A stretch of DNA of 64,000 nt. Origin: Patescibacteria group bacterium. Its GTDB lineage: Bacteria; Patescibacteriota; Minisyncoccia; UBA6257; GWB1-50-10. The notes under the pieces are model-generated. The model saw nothing but the letters and a program-made list of their open reading frames with translations. It was not told the DNA's origin and did not search any database. Below are positions 29,515-39,252 of this stretch, one piece after another. Within the stretch, counting starts at the first letter, position 1. Each line of letters starts with the position of its first letter. The stretch is taken from positions 8,045 to 72,044 of the forward strand of contig JBFLWN010000005.1 in assembly GCA_040757555.1 (NCBI GenBank), given 5' to 3'. Both the position numbers and the translations under genes were made by a program.

Positions 29515-29901
29515 TTAGTTTTTCTGTTCGTCTTTTAACGTGGTAAGTTTTTTGTGTCTTATACTTCTCTCATTTATGAAAGTGGAGATGAGGTCACGGA
29601 TGTGATTTTGTTCCCGAAGAACCTCCGAGAGGTGAAACTTTGATGAAGCAATGGTATCTTTCACTCGATTTATAACCTGGTAATCATTTTTATTTGCTTC
29701 CCCTTTTGATGCAAGTTCTATAAGCTCTCCCCAAAAAACCTTATCTTTTTCCAACCCACTTTTTATGTCGGCAATATACACTTCGTTTCTATCGAATTCA
29801 TTTTGTAATCCATCAAGTACCTCCTCAAATGTCTGTTCGTGTTCTTTTTGATTTTCCGGTAGGGTATCCCCCACAAAAATTTCGTTTTTATTTATATCCA
29901 T
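29515..29901 (-). CDS. Hypothetical protein
   Basis: 128-aa ORF with terminator downstream. Confidence 0.55.
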   Translation of the reverse strand: MDINKNEIFVGDTLPENQKEHEQTFEEVLDGLQNEFDRNEVYIADIKSGLEKDKVFWGELIELASKGEANKNDYQVINRVKDTIASSKFHLSEVLREQNHIRDLISTFINERSIRHKKLTTLKDEQKN

Positions 29902-29913
29902 ATATTGATTATA

Positions 29914-30654
29914 TCAAGGTTTCTGTATTTTATTCAATTGTTCAGAAAAATTTTCCCGCTCCCGAAGATGAGCCCGAATGTCGAGAAACATTTTAAGTGC
30001 CCAAAACACAATGAGGAAACCAACCGAGTTATTTCCAAGAAGAAAAAATATCACTGCACCAATGAGAAGAGTAATATGCATCACTACAATCCGCTTATAG
30101 GGCTGAAACATTTGTACGAAGGGACTTATCTGTTCGCATTCTTTGTTTCCGATAAAATTCTGAACATATGAAAATCCGTGACTTATAAAAAGTGACAACG
30201 CGGCAATCCAAAATCCATGAATATCGGAAAATGCAGAAATTGGTCCCGAATAAGAAACGGTGTAAGAAACGGAAGACCCGGAGGAGATAATAGTGGGAAG
30301 AATATTTCGTAATGCAATCTCACGAAAACCAAGGAGAAATCCCAAGTGTGCAAGCATAAAAACTCCATAATGAAATGTGAAGAATGGGATGAGAAAAAAG
30401 CGGGATAGTATACTTGAAATTCGATAACTTATACGTATTCTTACGTCTGAAATAGATGGAATATACTTCGAAAGTCCGCCCGACGCCTTGGTCATTTTTG
30501 GTATGTTCCATATCCCGATAATAAGACTCTCAATCCAGTAGAGAACGAGCATTGAAAATATATCCCACCCCCAGAACAACACTCCAAAAAGTGGTATAAG
30601 GTTTGCGAGAATAAGGGAAATAAGTGATTTGTATTTAAAGATTGTATTTATCAT
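29914..30654 (-). CDS. DUF6498-like membrane protein
   Basis: ANLIPLFGVLFWGW, YWIE, FFTFHYG, MFQPYKRIVVMH. Confidence 0.75.
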   Translation of the reverse strand: MINTIFKYKSLISLILANLIPLFGVLFWGWDIFSMLVLYWIESLIIGIWNIPKMTKASGGLSKYIPSISDVRIRISYRISSILSRFFLIPFFTFHYGVFMLAHLGFLLGFREIALRNILPTIISSGSSVSYTVSYSGPISAFSDIHGFWIAALSLFISHGFSYVQNFIGNKECEQISPFVQMFQPYKRIVVMHITLLIGAVIFFLLGNNSVGFLIVFWALKMFLDIRAHLRERENFSEQLNKIQKP

Positions 30655-30664
30655 CTATAAAAAA

Positions 30665-31477
30665 CTAATCCTGGGTGAGGGTGTAAATTTCAATATCCGG
30701 TAGGCAGGGATAGTTATAAAAAAACACCTTCCTATTATCAGGATCGAAACCCGTGACCGTTCCATTCACCAAAACCGTTCCTGAATATTGCTCTCCCCTT
30801 TTATCTTTCCAATGTATATACGCATAGGGATGTTTTTCGTCTTTTGGAATGCGTTCAATAACATACCAACTTCCGTCCATCGCATTAAAATACACTTTTC
30901 CTTGCCACGAGACTTCATCTCCAATTTTTATTCCGGTTGCGATTTCACATTTTTCAAAATCTTTCACCACACCGTGAGTTACCGGGATAATTTCTTGTGG
31001 AATACGATTAAGTTGCCATATGGAAAAATTTAACACGGATGCAAATGATACCCATAACAAATAAGGAATGAAAAGAATTCCCGCGATCTTTTTGATGCGG
31101 AAAAAAAGAAACGCGGTAACGAGTATCGAAAGCCACAGTATTATGATTTCAATAAATGCAAAAAACGGATTATTGAGTCCAAAGAAAATTATTGACCAAA
31201 GTGTATTGAGTACCAGATGCCCAAAAAACACCACCATCGCAACTCTTTTTTTATTTTTATCACTATCACTCTTCCATACAATAAAAAGAGAGACCCCCAT
31301 CAAAATATAAAGAAGGGTCCATACGGGACCAAAAATCCAATTGGGAGGACTAAAAGACGGCCTTATAAGCGTGGCATACCACGAATTGATCGCCGGCGTT
31401 GTAAAGAAAGACCCAATAAACCCTGCCGCGAGTGGCAAGACCAAAGAAACAATAAATTTTATTTGTTTTGAAAGCAT
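30665..31477 (-). CDS. tspO: TspO/MBR protein with C-terminal extension
   Basis: WYATL.RP..PPNWIFGPVWTLLY, LNTLWS.IFF, PYLLWVSFASVLN, then about 110 extra aa. Confidence 0.85.
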   Translation of the reverse strand: MLSKQIKFIVSLVLPLAAGFIGSFFTTPAINSWYATLIRPSFSPPNWIFGPVWTLLYILMGVSLFIVWKSDSDKNKKRVAMVVFFGHLVLNTLWSIIFFGLNNPFFAFIEIIILWLSILVTAFLFFRIKKIAGILFIPYLLWVSFASVLNFSIWQLNRIPQEIIPVTHGVVKDFEKCEIATGIKIGDEVSWQGKVYFNAMDGSWYVIERIPKDEKHPYAYIHWKDKRGEQYSGTVLVNGTVTGFDPDNRKVFFYNYPCLPDIEIYTLTQD

Positions 31478-31499
31478 GGGGATAGTATTAAAATTTTCC

Positions 31500-31670
31500 C
31501 TACATCGTTTTTCTCACTCCCTTAAATAAGGTTCTCTTTTTCTTCATTTGATCCAAAAATCTTTTCTTATCGTCACGCTTCGTCCAGCGTTTTAATTTCG
31601 GATTCCATACCTGATCTCTCTTCTTTATTGCGCCAGTTCTTTTCCCGTCTTTTGGTAAATTTGTTGCCAT
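31500..31670 (-). CDS. Small basic protein (MATNLPKDGKRTGAIKKRDQ...FKGVRK)
   Basis: 56-aa Lys/Arg-rich ORF from ATG 31670. Confidence 0.7.
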   Translation of the reverse strand: MATNLPKDGKRTGAIKKRDQVWNPKLKRWTKRDDKKRFLDQMKKKRTLFKGVRKTM

Positions 31671-31756
31671 ATTGTGTGTATGAATATATATGACCTTTCC
31701 TTTATTATATACTTTTATGCCAAAGAAAAATCCCCAACATCTGAGGGGATTTTTTA

Positions 31757-32146
31757 TTAATTTGTAAATAACGTGCCATTTCTTATTCCCTGAATTATTC
31801 CGCCGACAATGTACGCGACAAGAAACCAGAGACCGAAAAAACAAAATGTGACAAGAAGGGCCATTATTAACGTCAACGAATCGGAAATTATAAAAGATAT
31901 AAGAAAATATCCAATCAAAAACAAGAAAAGGCAAACAAGAGCATATCCGGTAATCTCCTTATTTTTCGGCGCCATAGAAATATTCATGAGATACACAGGA
32001 AACGAAAGCGTTATCAAGATGTGCCATCCAAGTCTTTGCCACCCTGTTTTTTTCCCTTCACCTTTTTCACAGGCCATCAGATAAACATGTGCGAACAATT
32101 GCGTCATGAAAAAAATAACTCCGACGATAAACATTATTTTTTGCAT
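31757..32146 (-). CDS. Hypothetical membrane protein
   Basis: About four hydrophobic helices; SD GGAGG; overlaps upstream ORF. Confidence 0.6.
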   Translation of the reverse strand: MQKIMFIVGVIFFMTQLFAHVYLMACEKGEGKKTGWQRLGWHILITLSFPVYLMNISMAPKNKEITGYALVCLFLFLIGYFLISFIISDSLTLIMALLVTFCFFGLWFLVAYIVGGIIQGIRNGTLFTN

Positions 32147-32427
32147 TCCTCTTCCTCCTCTATTATTACTTCTATATTATTTTCCTCTACCCAGTTACCA
32201 AAAACAATTTTTGAACTCTGATATCCATTACCAAATCCAAATCGTAGAGGTTCATTTGTTGGGTTTGGATCGGGATATCCTTTTGCAAGTTTCAATCTCT
32301 CGAACGGAACATGAATTTTTTCACAACTGGAAACAAATTCTTCCCATTTCTTTCGAGAGTCAATGAAACCAAATACTCCACATGCATCAAAATAAAAAGG
32401 TATCCATTTTCCTGATTTTCCTTTCAT
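32134..32427 (-). CDS. Hypothetical protein
   Basis: 97-aa ORF with SD GGAG. Confidence 0.55.
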   Translation of the reverse strand: MKGKSGKWIPFYFDACGVFGFIDSRKKWEEFVSSCEKIHVPFERLKLAKGYPDPNPTNEPLRFGFGNGYQSSKIVFGNWVEENNIEVIIEEEEECKK

Positions 32428-32602
32428 ATTTTTCTCCGATATACGTTATTAAAAATGCTAGCTATAAAATAACAGAAATATAGATATTCAGTCAAGCTAA
32501 AACATTTCCCTTGTTTAGCTCTTTACAAAACAAAATATATGTAATATAATATATACAGAAACTTACTAAATATATAACCACTTAAACACAGAGGAGATTT
32601 CC

Positions 32603-33058
32603 ATGACGCGAGTACTTACCATTAAAGAAGCAACTCTTCTACTTCAAAAAGTAAAAGAGCTGAAATCAATCACACGTCCGATGGTAGAAAACATCCCCGG
32701 TCTCATCGCATCACGTGATAAAAATGCCGCGGATTCACTTGAAAACGAATTAGATGTTCTCGGAGCACAGATTAAATCACTGGAAACGGATTTAAAAAAT
32801 GCCCGTTTTATATTTCCAGAAAAACAAGATAAAGAAGTATGGATGGGAAATATCATTCTTGCCTCATTTGATGGAAATCCATCATCTGAGTTTATAATGT
32901 CTGATCTCGTTGAAAGAAATGACGGAAGAATGGCGATTTCTTCATCGTCACCAGTAGGAAAGGCGATACTCGGAAAAAGCATGGGAAGATATGAAATACA
33001 ATTACCAAAGAAAAAGATGGTCATGGAAATTCATAAAATACTTCCCCCAGAAGATTAA
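32603..33058 (+). CDS. GreA/GreB-family protein (divergent)
   Basis: N-terminal coiled coil, ISSSSPVGKAILGK C-domain motif. Confidence 0.75.
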   Translation: MTRVLTIKEATLLLQKVKELKSITRPMVENIPGLIASRDKNAADSLENELDVLGAQIKSLETDLKNARFIFPEKQDKEVWMGNIILASFDGNPSSEFIMSDLVERNDGRMAISSSSPVGKAILGKSMGRYEIQLPKKKMVMEIHKILPPED

Positions 33059-33097
33059 AAAGAAAAAAACCCCAATATACGGGGTTTTTTATATTTT

Positions 33098-33994
33098 CTA
33101 TTTCTCTTTCTTTTCTTTTAGTACCTCAAGATATTTTAGAAGTTCATTATATCTTTGAAATAAGTGGTCGAAAATAATTCGCTCAATTGCTTCAGTATCA
33201 TTAAGATCCCAGATACACTGCAATAGTCGTTCTATTGGCTCATCTTTTGCTCGGGCAATGAGCACTTCACGTATTAATTTCTGAGCATCTTCTACCTTAT
33301 CCGCCTTCCATGCATTATTCAAAAATACTATCAGTGAATCGAATGTGAAATCATATATTTTATTTACAATTTCATCATATGCTCGCATCACAAGTTCGTT
33401 TGAACATGCAACTACTATCCTCTCAAATTCTTTTGGAAGAAGGTCCGGAAGTTCGAGGTTCAACCGATCGAGATAGTTTCGTTCAAGCATATCCTGCATG
33501 TCATCTTCCATGGACTCAATAACCTCCTCTCGAGAGACAAGTTTCAGCGCCTCCTGAAACTCTTCAAGAATAATGTCGGTGGCGTCGAGATAAAAATCCG
33601 CTTTTTTGAAAAGAATAATTAGTTCTTTTACCGGCCTTCCTTCGATGGCATCGGCAAGTCCCGCAGAAAGACATGTGCATGTTTCTATATTCTGTATGAT
33701 AGGAAAATACGGCAAAAAATCCTCTGGAGACATTGATTTCATCCTCTCAAGAAGAACAAACTCAACAATTTTATTTACATCCTCATATTTCTCACTTTCC
33801 TTTTCTTCTATTCCTATATCTCCGTCCTTAAGAAGAAAAAGAACCTTTAATCGTTCTTCACCGAGTTTGCTGTGAAGAATAATAAGTTCGTGTGTCGAAA
33901 GTTTCTCTACGTGCCCCTTAAATTCTTCAGAGGTTATCTTTCCTATTTGATATAACGCAAGAGAGACTACTGCCCTTAATTCAGATGCTTTCAT
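33098..33994 (-). CDS. Hypothetical helical protein
   Basis: 298-aa ORF with SD and terminator. Confidence 0.6.
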   Translation of the reverse strand: MKASELRAVVSLALYQIGKITSEEFKGHVEKLSTHELIILHSKLGEERLKVLFLLKDGDIGIEEKESEKYEDVNKIVEFVLLERMKSMSPEDFLPYFPIIQNIETCTCLSAGLADAIEGRPVKELIILFKKADFYLDATDIILEEFQEALKLVSREEVIESMEDDMQDMLERNYLDRLNLELPDLLPKEFERIVVACSNELVMRAYDEIVNKIYDFTFDSLIVFLNNAWKADKVEDAQKLIREVLIARAKDEPIERLLQCIWDLNDTEAIERIIFDHLFQRYNELLKYLEVLKEKKEK

Positions 33995-34089
33995 TTCAAT
34001 CCCCTTTTTAGTTTTTAGTTTCTATTTATAAGGTCGTACAAACATGGGCGGATGTCAAATAAAACTCCCCAAATATCTGGGGAGTTTTC

Positions 34090-34440
34090 TTATATCTTCG
34101 AACCGATAAATTTCTGAACATCGGATGAATCACCAATACATTCTTCGCACATACACGACTTATGGGTCCTTACACCATCTACTGTTACCTCTTTGTGCTC
34201 ACAATGATGTTCGTTGTGCGAATCGGTTTTACATCCGTCACAGATTACTTCAAGCGGAAGTAAATTTGTTGTTTTTCCAAAATAGCGTTCGCGGATAATA
34301 AAACAATCCTGGCAAGTAAAAAGTTCTTTACCTTCCGGACTGAACTTAGGAAGATATTTAATCGTGGCCGGTTTTCCACAATCAAAACAAATTTTATCCT
34401 TAAATGGGATAATTTGTACAAGTCCTGAATTTTCAGCCAT
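34090..34440 (-). CDS. Cys-rich putative zinc-finger protein
   Basis: CFDC, CQDC, CDGC, HHC, CMCEEC; start MAENSG at 34440. Confidence 0.55.
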   Translation of the reverse strand: MAENSGLVQIIPFKDKICFDCGKPATIKYLPKFSPEGKELFTCQDCFIIRERYFGKTTNLLPLEVICDGCKTDSHNEHHCEHKEVTVDGVRTHKSCMCEECIGDSSDVQKFIGSKI

Positions 34441-34582
34441 TTTTCTATTCCTTATATGAATTAATAAAAACTGAGAATATGGTACATATAAAAACATACC
34501 TGGTCAACCAGTGTTGCGAATAGTTAATTTTTTCTTTACCCTAAAAAAATGCCCCGCTGGATTAACCATATGGGGCGAATAA

Positions 34583-34816
34583 TTACCTTAAAAATCCGGA
34601 ATATACAACCACAAAGAAAAGAGTAAGAAGAGAATAAACAAAAACCTCAATCCACATCAGTGGAAGAACTTTTCTTTTTAGGTAGTTCTTATAGTCTTCT
34701 GCTTTTAAAACTATAGATTTCGATCTCTTTGTATTTACAAGAGTTAAAATCGAAACCAATAGAAGCCCTCCGGAAAACGCTAAGGCAACGCTAGCTATCG
34801 CTGCTGATATGTACAT
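34583..34816 (-). CDS. Small two-TM hypothetical protein
   Basis: SD AAGGAG; two hydrophobic helices. Confidence 0.55.
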   Translation of the reverse strand: MYISAAIASVALAFSGGLLLVSILTLVNTKRSKSIVLKAEDYKNYLKRKVLPLMWIEVFVYSLLTLFFVVVYSGFLR

Positions 34817-34866
34817 AATTTAACTCCTTTAATGTTCTGTGTCTATTATAGCATATACAAATAATA

Positions 34867-35526
34867 ATGTCAATATCTCCAATTTTACCTGAAAACATCA
34901 TACTTATCGATAAACCAAAGGGAATCACCTCTTTTGACGTGATTCGTGCACTCAGAAGAAAAATGAATATACGAAAAATGGGACACGCGGGCACACTCGA
35001 TCCCCTTGCAACTGGCCTTATGATTATCGGAATAAATGAAGGGACAAAAAAGCTGAGTGATTATTTGAAACTTCCAAAAACATACGACGCGGAAATACTC
35101 TTCGGTATAAAAACGGACAGTGGTGATGTTGACGGAAAAATTATCGAAGAAAAAACTATTCCCCCATTTGAGAAAGAAAAAATTGAAGATGCACTGCACC
35201 AAATGATTGGCAAAAGAAAAATACAGGCACCGATGTATTCGGCATTAAAAGTTGCGGGAAAACCGTTATACAAATATGCCCGTGCAGGAGATACATCCGT
35301 TGTTGCACCGGAAAAAGAAATGGAAGTCCGTGGAATTGAATTCCTCGGTGAACGATGTGAAAACCAACGCCAAATCATTTCGGCTCGTATAGACGTTTCG
35401 AGTGGAACATATATTAGATCTCTTGCGGAAGAAATCGGAAAATTACTTGGTGTTCCCGCTACAATAAAAAACCTTCGCCGCATTCGCATTGGAGAGTTCA
35501 CTATTGAGCAAGCGGAAACGATATAG
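34867..35526 (+). CDS. truB: tRNA pseudouridine(55) synthase
   Basis: DKPKGITS, GHAGTLDPLATG, PMYSALK, SSGTYIRSL. Confidence 0.96.
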   Translation: MSISPILPENIILIDKPKGITSFDVIRALRRKMNIRKMGHAGTLDPLATGLMIIGINEGTKKLSDYLKLPKTYDAEILFGIKTDSGDVDGKIIEEKTIPPFEKEKIEDALHQMIGKRKIQAPMYSALKVAGKPLYKYARAGDTSVVAPEKEMEVRGIEFLGERCENQRQIISARIDVSSGTYIRSLAEEIGKLLGVPATIKNLRRIRIGEFTIEQAETI

Positions 35527-35558
35527 AAAAAATCCCCATCATTGTGTGGGGATTTTTA

Positions 35559-36545
35559 TTAATATGCTATCGTTCGTGTTCGATGGAATGGCTCTTTGAA
35601 CTTCATTTTCCGAGTCATGCCCCAAAGCACAGAATCTATCTGCGCAGGAGTATATTTCCCGTTATGAAGCTCACGAATCAATTCGACCGCACGCACCGTC
35701 GCAGCACGGATCTGCACTTCAGCCGGATCATCTCTTTCTATCAATTCATTCTTGCGAATTTTTTCAGCAAGATATGGGGAATATTCCAACACCCCGAATT
35801 CTCTGAGTACCTGAGGCACTCGATAGTCGGCAAATGCAGTTAATTCGGAAATATTCTTTAGTCCACTTTCTCCGTAACGTCGAAGCACTTTATGGGTGTG
35901 ATATGCACATAACTGTGCGCGCTTCAAAAATGGAACACGCATACTTCGAAACCGTGATGTATCAAAATATGAAGAAAAGTTTTCCGCAATAAGATCCACT
36001 AATGCAACCGCATCGTAATCCGCCTCTTCAACGACATTCTGATACTTCCCCCTGAATTTACCGATGAGAACGAATCCAATATTTTTTAAACACAACAATC
36101 GTTCGTGAACCATCGGAATTTCTGTTCCAAGAAACCCACGAAACAAGTATTTCACCTGTTCCTCAGTGAGAGTGTTCAAAAAATTTGGAGAAAGTACTTT
36201 CGTCCCACTCTTGAGTGCTCGATCAAGGGAGATGCTCAACGCATCGGCACCCCACCTTGTATGGCGAGATTCACCCTCTTTTTCCTCAATCACCCATTGC
36301 CGTTTTGACACATCGGGCCAAAACGAAAAATTCACGGCATTCTTTATAAAAATGAGTTGCAGATCATTTTTCAATTCATCTCCGATAATTTTCAACGGAG
36401 CGTGAGAGGTATTCGAAAATTCAGGAATTTTACGGGCAAGTGTCAGTACCTGTTCATTGTTTATTTTTACACACGATGCCCGTTGCATCACTTTTTCTGT
36501 TGAGGGGAGAAGATCTCTTAACCCAACTTTTTTTACTTCTATCAT
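35559..36545 (-). CDS. Queuosine salvage hydrolase (DUF2419/QNG1 family)
   Basis: NFSFW, FLKRAQL, LTAFADYRVPQVL, EVQIRA, HRTRTIAY. Confidence 0.88.
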   Translation of the reverse strand: MIEVKKVGLRDLLPSTEKVMQRASCVKINNEQVLTLARKIPEFSNTSHAPLKIIGDELKNDLQLIFIKNAVNFSFWPDVSKRQWVIEEKEGESRHTRWGADALSISLDRALKSGTKVLSPNFLNTLTEEQVKYLFRGFLGTEIPMVHERLLCLKNIGFVLIGKFRGKYQNVVEEADYDAVALVDLIAENFSSYFDTSRFRSMRVPFLKRAQLCAYHTHKVLRRYGESGLKNISELTAFADYRVPQVLREFGVLEYSPYLAEKIRKNELIERDDPAEVQIRAATVRAVELIRELHNGKYTPAQIDSVLWGMTRKMKFKEPFHRTRTIAY

Positions 36546-36654
36546 TACTTCCTCTGTTTGTTATATAAATATGCTGTGCATATTTTGTCATATAAACCGT
36601 AATATGTCAAAAATTTCTTTTCATATAAGAAAAAAGTGGTTACAATAAAAGGAA

Positions 36655-37353
36655 ATGAGAGAAGAAAAAGAATTCGTAGACACGCTTATCATCTCTGACA
36701 TACATCTTGGATCAAAAGTGAGTCGTGCACATGAGGCACTTACCATGCTCAAAAAATATTCATGCAATCGTCTGATTCTCCTCGGCGATATTTTTGACGA
36801 TCTGAATTTTGAACGTCTCAATAACGATCATTGGGCATTCATCTCATATATACGTGACCTTTCGGCGCAGGATCAAAAAACTGAAGTGGTCTGGGTCATT
36901 GGAAATCACGACGAACTATTAATGAAAGTGATGTCCCACTTAATGAATATGGAAGCGCACCGATTTTATGAATGGGAGTATTTGGGAAAAAAATATCTTG
37001 CCATACACGGACATCAGTTCGACCGCTTTCTTTCCGAAAACATCATTTTGAGCGCCATTGCATCCTCAATTTACTTTTTTATTCAGCGTATCGATACAAA
37101 AAAACAGCGTATCAGTAGGGCGATAAAACGAATGAGTAAATCATGGCTTCGTCTTTCCGAAAAGATTGCAAAGTCGGCTTCGCTTTTTGGAATGTTCCGG
37201 AAAGCAAATTATGTATTTTGCGGACACACACACCAAGCGATGAAAAAAGAATTCAAGAAAAATAAATACTATAATAGCGGATGTTGGACCGATATCCCTT
37301 CTAACTACATCACCATACTGGAAGATAAAATAACCATCCACGACGTAGCATAA
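36655..37353 (+). CDS. LpxH-like calcineurin-family metallophosphoesterase
   Basis: SDIHLG, LGDIFD, GNHD, HGHQFD, CGHTH, NSGCW. Confidence 0.88.
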   Translation: MREEKEFVDTLIISDIHLGSKVSRAHEALTMLKKYSCNRLILLGDIFDDLNFERLNNDHWAFISYIRDLSAQDQKTEVVWVIGNHDELLMKVMSHLMNMEAHRFYEWEYLGKKYLAIHGHQFDRFLSENIILSAIASSIYFFIQRIDTKKQRISRAIKRMSKSWLRLSEKIAKSASLFGMFRKANYVFCGHTHQAMKKEFKKNKYYNSGCWTDIPSNYITILEDKITIHDVA

Positions 37354-37395
37354 TTCCTCCGTTTCACGGAGGAATTTCTTAATTACTCCAAAAAA

Positions 37396-37863
37396 TTAAT
37401 AATGGTATGTTTTGCCATTCATGATTGTTACCGCTCTATATATCTGCTCGAGAAGTACTACACGTGCAAGTTCGTGTGGAAATGTGAAAGATGAAAGTGC
37501 AATCTTTTTATGTGGAAGCGAAAGAACCTCTTCGCTCATTCCCAGTGATCCGCCAATTACAAATATGGTTGGTTTTAACGTTGTTTCGAGTGCGCCCGCA
37601 AATTGCTCCGATGTATACTCCTTTCCCCGCTCATCGAGAATGAATACCTCACATTCTCCCCTTTTTTCTAAAAATCTTTTAATTCGTTCCCCCTCTTTTT
37701 GTTTTACCTTATTCTTTTCTCCCTCGTGACGAAATGGTTCATACGGAATTTCCTCAACTGAAATCCGAGCATAGAGAGAGAGACGTTTCGTATATTCTTC
37801 ACACGCTTTTTTGAAATACTCTTCTTTTATTTTCCCAACCGTAAGAATGGTGATATCTAACAT
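37396..37863 (-). CDS. rlmH: 23S rRNA m3Psi1915 methyltransferase
   Basis: TVGKIKE, IGGSLG, FPHELARVVLLEQIYRA, YH. Confidence 0.95.
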   Translation of the reverse strand: MLDITILTVGKIKEEYFKKACEEYTKRLSLYARISVEEIPYEPFRHEGEKNKVKQKEGERIKRFLEKRGECEVFILDERGKEYTSEQFAGALETTLKPTIFVIGGSLGMSEEVLSLPHKKIALSSFTFPHELARVVLLEQIYRAVTIMNGKTYHY

Positions 37864-37980
37864 TTTTCCATTATCACGCACTTTTCTTATTAAAGAAAGT
37901 TAAGAAATGAGATTGACTAAATATAAATAAAATATTAAAATATAAAACAGATATTTAACTCATTAAATGTGGAGAGGCTA

Positions 37981-38385
37981 ATGAAGAATGAAAAAGTGGT
38001 AAAAGCAATTGCACATCAACTCTTTCAATCAGAAAAAAAAGAGAGTGAAAGCGGAAGTCTTGATATTCCGATAAAGAAAGTGTCACGACACATGCATTAT
38101 AAAATAGGAATGAATAGCTCAAAAAATATCGTCTATTTTTCCATTTTCTATCCTTTTTTTTCCCGCACGAATAAAACAGTAATAAAACATTTTATTGCAA
38201 AAAAAATGGAAGAAGTGAAAAAGGAACCATTTTCTTCAATTCAAATGATGTATCTCAGTAAAGACACGGGAAATCTCGGCATCACCCAAACTATTTCGAT
38301 AGAAAAGGTGACAAAAAAGGAACTTACAGAAAAAATTTCATTTCTTCTTGAGCAAGTCGAAAAATTTTGGCCATTTAAATATTAA
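37981..38385 (+). CDS. Hypothetical protein
   Basis: SD GGAGAGG, promoter-like TTGACT...TAAAAT upstream, terminator downstream. Confidence 0.55.
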   Translation: MKNEKVVKAIAHQLFQSEKKESESGSLDIPIKKVSRHMHYKIGMNSSKNIVYFSIFYPFFSRTNKTVIKHFIAKKMEEVKKEPFSSIQMMYLSKDTGNLGITQTISIEKVTKKELTEKISFLLEQVEKFWPFKY

Positions 38386-38411
38386 AAAAAGCCCCGAACA
38401 TATCGGGGCTT

Positions 38412-38507
38412 TTATCCAAGTTCTTCGTCGATCATCTCCATCACAAACGCTGCGGGAATAAGTATGACGCCGAGAAAAAGTTTTGTATACTCTAATGCTT
38501 TTTTCAT
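38412..38507 (-). CDS. 31-aa small membrane peptide (MKKALEYTKLFLGVILIPAAFVMEMIDEELG)
   Basis: Below ORF-track cutoff; SD-like AAGGA; stop abuts terminator at about 38388-38414. Confidence 0.45.
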   Translation of the reverse strand: MKKALEYTKLFLGVILIPAAFVMEMIDEELG

Positions 38508-38555
38508 ATCTATTTTCCTTTATCCTACCAGACATCAAACAAAATGCAACAGAAT

Positions 38556-38735
38556 TTATTCACAGATAAATGCGGGAGGTATTGGATCTAATGGTTTTCC
38601 GTGTGCTTCCCATTTTCCATTCACACAAATCCATTCGTCTTCATTCCCTCCGAAGAAAAATCGAACAGTAAACACACCGACAATCACTATAAGCACGAGA
38701 AAAATACCTACATATATTTTTTTCTTCTTTTCCAT
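38556..38735 (-). CDS. Small membrane-anchored protein (WIC.NG.W..HG.P motif)
   Basis: TM followed by EDEWICVNGKWEAHGKP...C. Confidence 0.65.
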   Translation of the reverse strand: MEKKKKIYVGIFLVLIVIVGVFTVRFFFGGNEDEWICVNGKWEAHGKPLDPIPPAFICE

Positions 38736-38740
38736 ATACA

Positions 38741-39235
38741 TTAAAATGCCCGCTCCGTGTATCCTTCGCACTCAGGAGGAACAATGCACGTATCCTCACG
38801 TCCACTTGGCCCAATTTTGGGCATACAATCCACCCATTTTGGACATCCCGCATATTTCTTCTCATTGGGAATTTGCACCGGATTTTCCCCAAACCCCGGC
38901 ATTTGTTCTAATTCTCCACCCTTTTTGTCTTTTCCACATTCATTTCTAAAAAATTGCCACTCCTCACATTCCTTCCCATCCGGAAATACACAATATCCAA
39001 CTTCACCTCCACTTTCATCTTTTCGTATTTCAAGTTTATATCCATACGCTACACACACCTGAGATGCGGGATTCGCAATACCAACATTACTTGATGTGGT
39101 ATTTCCGCTTGAGGGAATAGTTTCATTCTTTTGAATATCTTTTTTTTGCAATGAAGGAGCATATACAATACTTGCGACTACAATGATTAGCCCCACCGCC
39201 GTTAGTATATTTTCTTTCGTAAATACATTTTTCAT
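38741..39235 (-). CDS. DUF333-containing secreted Cys-rich protein
   Basis: ANPASQVC...GYCVFPDGKECEEWQFFRNEC; second domain CPKWVDCMP...C..PPEC. Confidence 0.8.
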   Translation of the reverse strand: MKNVFTKENILTAVGLIIVVASIVYAPSLQKKDIQKNETIPSSGNTTSSNVGIANPASQVCVAYGYKLEIRKDESGGEVGYCVFPDGKECEEWQFFRNECGKDKKGGELEQMPGFGENPVQIPNEKKYAGCPKWVDCMPKIGPSGREDTCIVPPECEGYTERAF

Positions 39236-39252
39236 ATATTTATATTACCACA

